Of a DNA stretch of 64,000 bases, positions 58,816 to 64,000 are shown one piece after another. This DNA is from a virus. The DNA is taken from the IMG/VR virus record IMGVR_UViG_3300035703_000067, positions 7,592 to 71,591 of that record. One strand, written 5' to 3'. The position numbers and the translations under genes were made by a program. A model generated the notes under the pieces. It was not told where the DNA came from. It searched no databases and saw nothing but the letters and a program-made list of their open reading frames with translations. Positions within the stretch are counted from its first letter, which is position 1; the number at the start of each line of letters is the position of its first letter.

Positions 58816-59171
58816 CTTTTCCTCTGATCACATTCGATACGCCTGTTCAAGTCAGCTCAGATAACGAGCTAACCACAGACACCATCACGGTTCTTGAAGT
58901 CCAGGATCTTGCCAATGTCCAACAACTCTGGGCAGTGCTTCAACTTGAGACTGAGCCTATTAGCAACGTGCGTCTTCTCATCTACGAGCACGACGAATAC
59001 ATCGATCTCGGTGACTGGACCTACGAATCCCTCGCGGCTCGCGTCAAGCTCTACTACGAAAGTGGCCGGAGCTTCCCGCACTATGTGAGCCCGAACGTCC
59101 CTGTTGAAGAAGAGCCCACTCCCGCAGAAGAGCCTGCGCCCGAGGGGGAATCAGCTCCCGAGGAGGAGTAA
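58812..59171 (+). CDS. Acidic hypothetical protein (possible fibre chaperone)
   Basis: ORF track; coupled. Confidence 0.6.
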   Translation: MTFPLITFDTPVQVSSDNELTTDTITVLEVQDLANVQQLWAVLQLETEPISNVRLLIYEHDEYIDLGDWTYESLAARVKLYYESGRSFPHYVSPNVPVEEEPTPAEEPAPEGESAPEEE

Positions 59172-59189
59172 CCGCCATCTAACCCACCC

Positions 59190-59216
59190 AGGCCCTGCAC
59201 GATCAGGGCCTTTTTC
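59190..59216 (+). terminator. Intrinsic terminator
   Basis: AGGCCCTG-cacgat-CAGGGCC-TTTTT. Confidence 0.75.
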
Positions 59217-59236
59217 ATTGCTACACACCCCTCGCT

Positions 59237-59380
59237 ATGGCTGCCAAAGCAAAAGTCGGCGCTCATCACATTGAGCACCGCTCCGGTCCCCCAAAAACAA
59301 CATGCCAAGGGCAGGGACAACACTCCCGCCCCCAACGTCGTGGCCGCAAAAAACTGCGCGGCCAAGGATCGCTACGCTGA
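59237..59380 (+). CDS. Small basic protein
   Basis: MAAKAK...PKTTCQGQGQHSRPQRRGRKKLRGQG, 47 aa. Confidence 0.55.
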   Translation: MAAKAKVGAHHIEHRSGPPKTTCQGQGQHSRPQRRGRKKLRGQGSLR

Positions 59381-59400
59381 CGTGTACCCCCCGTTTGCCC

Positions 59401-59643
59401 GTGGTTGAAGTCGTCGCCGCCGTCGCCGGAGCAGCGATCACCGTGGGTGCGATGGGGCTGGGCAGCGCCACACGCTCGTCACGCGATGGCCGCGAAGCCG
59501 TCATCAAACTGACCGCCGCCGTCGAGAACGTCGCGTTGCGCCTTGAAGAACTCCACGTCGACATCAAGGCGGACCGAAAAGAGACCTATCAACGCTTGAA
59601 CGGCCTTGAGCAGCGGGTCGCAAAACTAGAGGCCACGCAATGA
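59401..59643 (+). CDS. Membrane-anchored coiled-coil protein (holin/lysis candidate)
   Basis: N-terminal TM segment plus heptad repeat. Confidence 0.55.
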   Translation: MVEVVAAVAGAAITVGAMGLGSATRSSRDGREAVIKLTAAVENVALRLEELHVDIKADRKETYQRLNGLEQRVAKLEATQ

Positions 59644-59900
59644 ACCACCCCGCCGTCGTCAGCCTTGTTCTCAAGCTGCTCGTCGGCTGCTACTCCTACA
59701 TGCTGGTGATGGCCAGCGCCAACGTCGCCAGTTGCGAACTGCGCAAACCCGGCCAATGCGGCAACCAGTGGACGCAGGCATTCACCGTGGCCGGTGGCGC
59801 CGCTTCCACGCTTTGGGCCTTCATCACGGAATCGCCCTCGCAATCCAGTGGCACCAATACGTCCCCCCGAGGACGACGCAATGGTTCACCTACCACCTGA
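59640..59900 (+). CDS. Small membrane protein (holin candidate)
   Basis: Two hydrophobic segments, basic tail. Confidence 0.5.
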   Translation: MNHPAVVSLVLKLLVGCYSYMLVMASANVASCELRKPGQCGNQWTQAFTVAGGAASTLWAFITESPSQSSGTNTSPRGRRNGSPTT

Positions 59901-59904
59901 TCTC

Positions 59905-60210
59905 ATGTCTCTCCGCACCCTGCTTGACGGGCTTATTGCATTCCTCGCTATGGGCTTGACCGAAGCTGTCATCAAGCCTGTCGCCAAACGTGCTATTGAT
60001 CGCCCCTTGCGAAAAGCACTGCCTTTTGTTTACGAGCGCCTGGATCAAGAGATGCCGGTGCTCCTTCGCACGGCCGACCCCGAAGTAATGACAGCCGAGA
60101 TCGCCGCATCGATTGCCCACGCCACCGGTAACCCAGCAACCGCTCGTCAGATCGAGCAAGTCGTTGCGCTCTATTCGCCGATCAAAGCTGTTCTGCGCAA
60201 TGTGCGCTGA
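59905..60210 (+). CDS. Hypothetical protein
   Basis: ORF with hydrophobic N-terminus. Confidence 0.55.
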   Translation: MSLRTLLDGLIAFLAMGLTEAVIKPVAKRAIDRPLRKALPFVYERLDQEMPVLLRTADPEVMTAEIAASIAHATGNPATARQIEQVVALYSPIKAVLRNVR

Positions 60211-60248
60211 TCGCCAGCGCTAGCCTGGCATAGGCCTTGGCGTGTGCG

Positions 60249-60569
60249 ATGAAACCGGCCCGCTACGACATTACGATCCACCAGCGGGCGACCTTTCGGC
60301 AGCGCTTCAAGCTGCCTTTTAACGCCACAGGGTACACGCTGGTTGCGCAGGTCTGGAGCAGACGACGCGAAGATCTCCTGCTCGAATTCCAGATCCAGTG
60401 GTTCAACCAAGCACAAGGTGAGTTTGACCTTTACGCACCACGCGCAGCCACTCGCCTCGTTACCAAGTCAGGCGAGTGGGATCTGCTTGTCATTGAGCCG
60501 AATGGCGACGGCTTCTACTGGCTAGAGGGCACCGCCATCCTTGATCCAGGTCAATCCGACACGGTGTAG
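60249..60569 (+). CDS. Ig-like fibre-attachment (BppU-like) protein
   Basis: ITIHQRATF...TGYT..AQV...WDLLV..PNG...WLEG. Confidence 0.65.
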   Translation: MKPARYDITIHQRATFRQRFKLPFNATGYTLVAQVWSRRREDLLLEFQIQWFNQAQGEFDLYAPRAATRLVTKSGEWDLLVIEPNGDGFYWLEGTAILDPGQSDTV

Positions 60570-60571
60570 CC

Positions 60572-60808
60572 ATGGCTGATGAGGTAACACTGGTCATCCC
60601 TGAGGTCATTGTCGAGGTCACCACAACTGACCCCCCTGTGGTTCAGCTGACGACCTCGCCGAGCCTTCCACAATTTGACGCCTTACCCGATGTGGATACC
60701 ACTGCCAGAATAGACAAGAGCCTGCTCTACTACGACGCGGCATCCGCGCAGTTCCGGGCCGACGCAACCATCACCACAACCACACTCACAGACGGGGGTA
60801 ACTACTGA
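60572..60808 (+). CDS. Small fibre protein
   Basis: L.DVD...SLLYYD...; ends DGGNY. Confidence 0.6.
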   Translation: MADEVTLVIPEVIVEVTTTDPPVVQLTTSPSLPQFDALPDVDTTARIDKSLLYYDAASAQFRADATITTTTLTDGGNY

Positions 60809-62112
60809 TGGCCAACACGATCCGGGTCAAGCGTCGCGCATCCGGCGCCGCTGGAGCGCCTGCTGTTCTCGAAAACGCGGAACTTGCCTTTAACGAGGTC
60901 GATAACGTCCTTTGGTACGGCAAAGGTACAGGCGGTGCTAATGGCACGGCCACAAATATCATTGCCATCGGTGGTGATGGTGCCTATCTCAACCTGAGCG
61001 GCACTCAAACAATCACCGGAACCAAGACCTTTACCGGTGCAGTCGATCTCTCCGGTGCCACGGTCAGCGGCTTCACCACAACCGGCGGCGTGGTCATCGG
61101 TGGTGACCTGACCGTCAACGGTACGACCACCACGATCAATTCGGTGACGGTGAGCACCGATGACAAGAACATCGAACTCGGCGCGACCGCATCCCCAACG
61201 GACGCCTCGGCCGACACCGGCGGCATTGTCCTGAAGGGCACCACCGACAAGACGATCACCTGGCTTGACGCCACCGACGCCTGGACCTTCTCCGAGCACG
61301 TCGATCTCGCGGCCGGCAAGAGCTACTACATCAACGGCACCGCCGTCCTGAGCGCCACCGCCCTCGGTTCCGGTGTCACCGGTTCCTCGCTCACCTCGGT
61401 AGGCACCCTCACCTCCGGCATCTGGCAAGCCGGCGTGATCGGCACCGCCTATGGCGGCACGGGCCAATCGAGCTACACCAATGGCCAGATCCTGATTGGC
61501 AACAGCGCCACTAGCGGCCTCTCCAAAGCGACATTGACCGCTGGTAGCAACGTCACTATCACCAACGGCAACGGGACGATCACCATTGCCTCGACAGATA
61601 CCAACACCACTTACAGCGCTGGCAATGGCCTTCGACTGTGGGACACCTCATTCACCGCCAATCTGAAGGAGAACGGGGGTCTCGTCTTTGAGACTGGCGG
61701 AGACTTTGAAGAGATTGCTGTAGACCTAGGCGCCTCTTCGATCACCGGCACTCTGGCGATCACCGATGGTGGTACCGGAGCCACTAGCGCAAGCGCTGCC
61801 CGCACAGCGCTTGGCGTGGCGATTGGCACTGATGTGCAGGCGTATGACGCTGATCTGAGCACCCTAAGCGGGATGCAAACCGGCGCAGCCGCAGCCTTGG
61901 CGGCGCTACAAGCGGGGGAAATTGCTGTTCTCGACGCAGACACTCCCCAAGCAACTCCTACCTTGAGCTTGAGTGATCGTTTCCTTGCAAGGCTCCAATT
62001 TGAGCCCAGTGAAAACGCAGGACAACTGCATCCCGTTGGGCTTCAAGCTCTCGTGGACTTCTTTTCAAACGGCAGCGCAAGCGGCTTCGTTCTAGACGGG
62101 GGCACGTATTGA
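60808..62112 (+). CDS. Tail fibre protein
   Basis: IRVKR..L..AELAFNE, GDLTVNGTTTTINS..V..DDKNIELG, GGTG repeats; ends DGGTY. Confidence 0.8.
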   Translation: MANTIRVKRRASGAAGAPAVLENAELAFNEVDNVLWYGKGTGGANGTATNIIAIGGDGAYLNLSGTQTITGTKTFTGAVDLSGATVSGFTTTGGVVIGGDLTVNGTTTTINSVTVSTDDKNIELGATASPTDASADTGGIVLKGTTDKTITWLDATDAWTFSEHVDLAAGKSYYINGTAVLSATALGSGVTGSSLTSVGTLTSGIWQAGVIGTAYGGTGQSSYTNGQILIGNSATSGLSKATLTAGSNVTITNGNGTITIASTDTNTTYSAGNGLRLWDTSFTANLKENGGLVFETGGDFEEIAVDLGASSITGTLAITDGGTGATSASAARTALGVAIGTDVQAYDADLSTLSGMQTGAAAALAALQAGEIAVLDADTPQATPTLSLSDRFLARLQFEPSENAGQLHPVGLQALVDFFSNGSASGFVLDGGTY

Positions 62113-62113
62113 G

Positions 62114-62461
62114 ATGCCCCGTAATCACAAAATTGTATTCCGGCAAGGCACCACAACCCCCGGTGCCCCAAACTTTGAGGTCGGCGAACCCGCATGGGAC
62201 AAGCTAGCCAAGAAGCTCTACATCAAGGCCGAGGACGGCACGATGGTGGAGATCGCCGGTGGTTCCGGCGGCACAGGCACCGGTTCCTACACCGCAAGCT
62301 CAAGCCCGCCGGCTAGTCCCACCGAGGGCGACCGCTGGTATGACATTGACCTGGGCATTGAGTTCACCTACGTCAATGACGGCAACAGCTCGCAGTGGGT
62401 GGAGAACTCTGTTGCAGCAAAGCCAACTCTTCACCCGATTGTCGCCAACATCGTTCTGTAA
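62114..62461 (+). CDS. Small fibre adaptor protein
   Basis: GEPAWD...LYIK; PASPTEGDRWYD...YVNDGNSSQWV. Confidence 0.65.
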   Translation: MPRNHKIVFRQGTTTPGAPNFEVGEPAWDKLAKKLYIKAEDGTMVEIAGGSGGTGTGSYTASSSPPASPTEGDRWYDIDLGIEFTYVNDGNSSQWVENSVAAKPTLHPIVANIVL

Positions 62462-62464
62462 GAC

Positions 62465-62827
62465 ATGGCCACCCCAAACATCGTCAGCCCCCAGAGCGTC
62501 ACGCCAAAATCCCCGGTGGTCTATGCGGTGACAACCACACTCGCGCAAGCGCTGACGAATGCTGCGGGTAGCAACAAAGCAATCCATGTGGACTCGATTC
62601 TCTGTTCCAACATTGACGGCACGAATGCCGCCGACATCACAGTCAGCGTCTACGACGGAACAACGCACGGGTACATCTGCAAAACGGTCGCAGTACCTGC
62701 CGATGCAACGCAACTCGTGATCATCAAAGACTCTAGTTTTTGGTTGGAGGAGGGTTGGTCGATCTACGCCCAAGCATCGGCTGATGGTGATCTGCAGTTG
62801 CTGATCAATACGACGGAGTTCACCTGA
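62465..62827 (+). CDS. Virion structural protein (paralog of 63799)
   Basis: PNIV...SI.CSNIDGTNAADITV. Confidence 0.7.
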   Translation: MATPNIVSPQSVTPKSPVVYAVTTTLAQALTNAAGSNKAIHVDSILCSNIDGTNAADITVSVYDGTTHGYICKTVAVPADATQLVIIKDSSFWLEEGWSIYAQASADGDLQLLINTTEFT

Positions 62828-63612
62828 TGTACGACGCAAGCGGAAGGCTATTTGGAAAGCCAAGAGTGACATCGGCGGCTGCAAGCGTTCCCGGTCTATG
62901 GACAATGCAACAGCAGATTGAGGCAAAGAGAGCAAGCTTGTGGCCACCAAATGCAGGCGAAGATCCCTACTTTGCCAATGTTTCCCTGCTGCTTCGTGGT
63001 GATGGTGCCAACGGCAGCACAACGATTATTGATGAAAGTTTCTCGCCAAAAACAGTAACTGTTTATGGCAACGCGCAGATCAGCACGGCGCAGAGCAAGT
63101 ATGGCGGGAGTAGTATTTATCTTGACGGCAGCGGAGATTATTTGAGTGCCCCAGCGGATGCCGAATTTGATTTGGGGACTGGAGATTTTACCATTGAGCT
63201 ATGGGTTTATACCTTGTCAACAACCGCTACACGTGGATTGGTGTCAAAAGGGATTGTTAATTCGTTAGGCTCAGAAATTTGGACTGTTGAGTGGATGTCT
63301 GGGTCAACGCTAGGATTTTTTGCAAACAGTGGTGGTAGTTTTAATTTGCGATCCACAACAGCATTTTCACTTAATACTTGGTATCACGTAGCCGTATGCA
63401 GGTCAAGCGGCACGACAAAGCTTTTTGTCAATGGCGCATCCGAGGCATCATCCAGTACCTCTTTCAATGTTACATCAGGAGGAGCGCTCTATGTGGGCAC
63501 TGGAATGTACGCCCCTACGAGTCGCTCCACCAATTCATACATCGACGACATCCGCATCACCAAAGGCGTTGCCCGCTACACATCTAACTTCACCCCACCC
63601 GGTGCCCTGTAA
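62827..63612 (+). CDS. LamG/concanavalin-A-like lectin receptor-binding protein
   Basis: DPYFANVSLLL, GTGDFTIELW, WYHVAVCR, LFVNG, IDDIRITKGVARYTSNF. Confidence 0.85.
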   Translation: MYDASGRLFGKPRVTSAAASVPGLWTMQQQIEAKRASLWPPNAGEDPYFANVSLLLRGDGANGSTTIIDESFSPKTVTVYGNAQISTAQSKYGGSSIYLDGSGDYLSAPADAEFDLGTGDFTIELWVYTLSTTATRGLVSKGIVNSLGSEIWTVEWMSGSTLGFFANSGGSFNLRSTTAFSLNTWYHVAVCRSSGTTKLFVNGASEASSSTSFNVTSGGALYVGTGMYAPTSRSTNSYIDDIRITKGVARYTSNFTPPGAL

Positions 63613-63634
63613 TCCACCCTTGGTAACCTAGATC

Positions 63635-63799
63635 ATGGCCATCGACTTTCCTTCCAGCCCCACGCTCAACCAGCAGTACACCTTCAACGGGCGTACTTGG
63701 CAGTGGAACGGCACCGCATGGGTGGCGCTCTCGCAGGAGGCCGCAGGCTCCGCAGTGTCGGTTGACCTTGACCCAGCCATTGCGGGGATGATCTTCTGA
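63635..63799 (+). CDS. Small fibre adaptor protein
   Basis: MAIDFPSSPTLNQQYTFNGRTWQWNGTAW, 54 aa. Confidence 0.65.
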   Translation: MAIDFPSSPTLNQQYTFNGRTWQWNGTAWVALSQEAAGSAVSVDLDPAIAGMIF

Positions 63800-64000
63800 T
63801 GGCTGCACCGAACCTCAAGGCACCGACGAGCATCACCGGACGCACCGCTCGCTACGCCGTCACGACCACACTCGCCGCCGCGCTGAGCAATGCCGCCGCC
63901 AGTGGCAAGGTGCTCAAGATCAACAGCATCTTCTGCGCCAACGTGGATGGCACCAACGCGGCGGACATCAGCGTGAGCATCTACGACGGCACGACTGATC
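63799..64000 (+). CDS. Virion structural protein, partial (paralog of 62465)
   Basis: MAAPNL...YAVTTTLA.AL.NAA.S.K...NVDGTNAADISVSIYDGTT; truncated by the window edge. Confidence 0.7.
   Translation, partial: MAAPNLKAPTSITGRTARYAVTTTLAAALSNAAASGKVLKINSIFCANVDGTNAADISVSIYDGTTD

Noticed and set aside
1-64000. tRNA/rRNA genes, integrase, photosynthesis genes, tail sheath, stop-codon recoding
   Set aside because: None recognised by eye; genes read intact in the standard code. Absence applies only to this window and was not tested with tRNAscan or HMMs.

Overview
A 64 kb segment of a GC-rich tailed dsDNA phage. It looks like a siphovirus (2037-aa tape measure, tube proteins, no sheath gene seen) and probably infects picocyanobacteria; the host is inferred from the group-2-like sigma factor, ThyX and the tail-fibre types. 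Order: replication/nucleotide module (prim-pol/helicase, SSB, PD-(D/E)XK nuclease, dNMP kinase, ThyX, sigma factor; 1-9.2 kb); non-coding switch region (9.2-10 kb); dense array of small early genes with repeated sigma70 promoters (10-20.6 kb); terminase, portal and MuF; a ~9.5 kb head-associated cargo locus (25-34.5 kb); DUF2213/capsid/neck/tail genes; tail-fibre cassettes. The most striking feature is the cargo locus. It holds eight repeats of a module made of an RxD + Cys-x9/10-Cys tag, a hydrophobic helix and a variable domain (two Ser/Thr-kinase-like, one ADP-ribosyltransferase, one LRAT-like, several unknown). Two of these ORFs are joined by a lambda-type -1 slippery site. Also notable: a candidate ~70-nt minus-strand sRNA complementary to several early-gene leaders, and a Csx16-like putative ring nuclease. 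All family assignments are by motif recognition; no database search was run.
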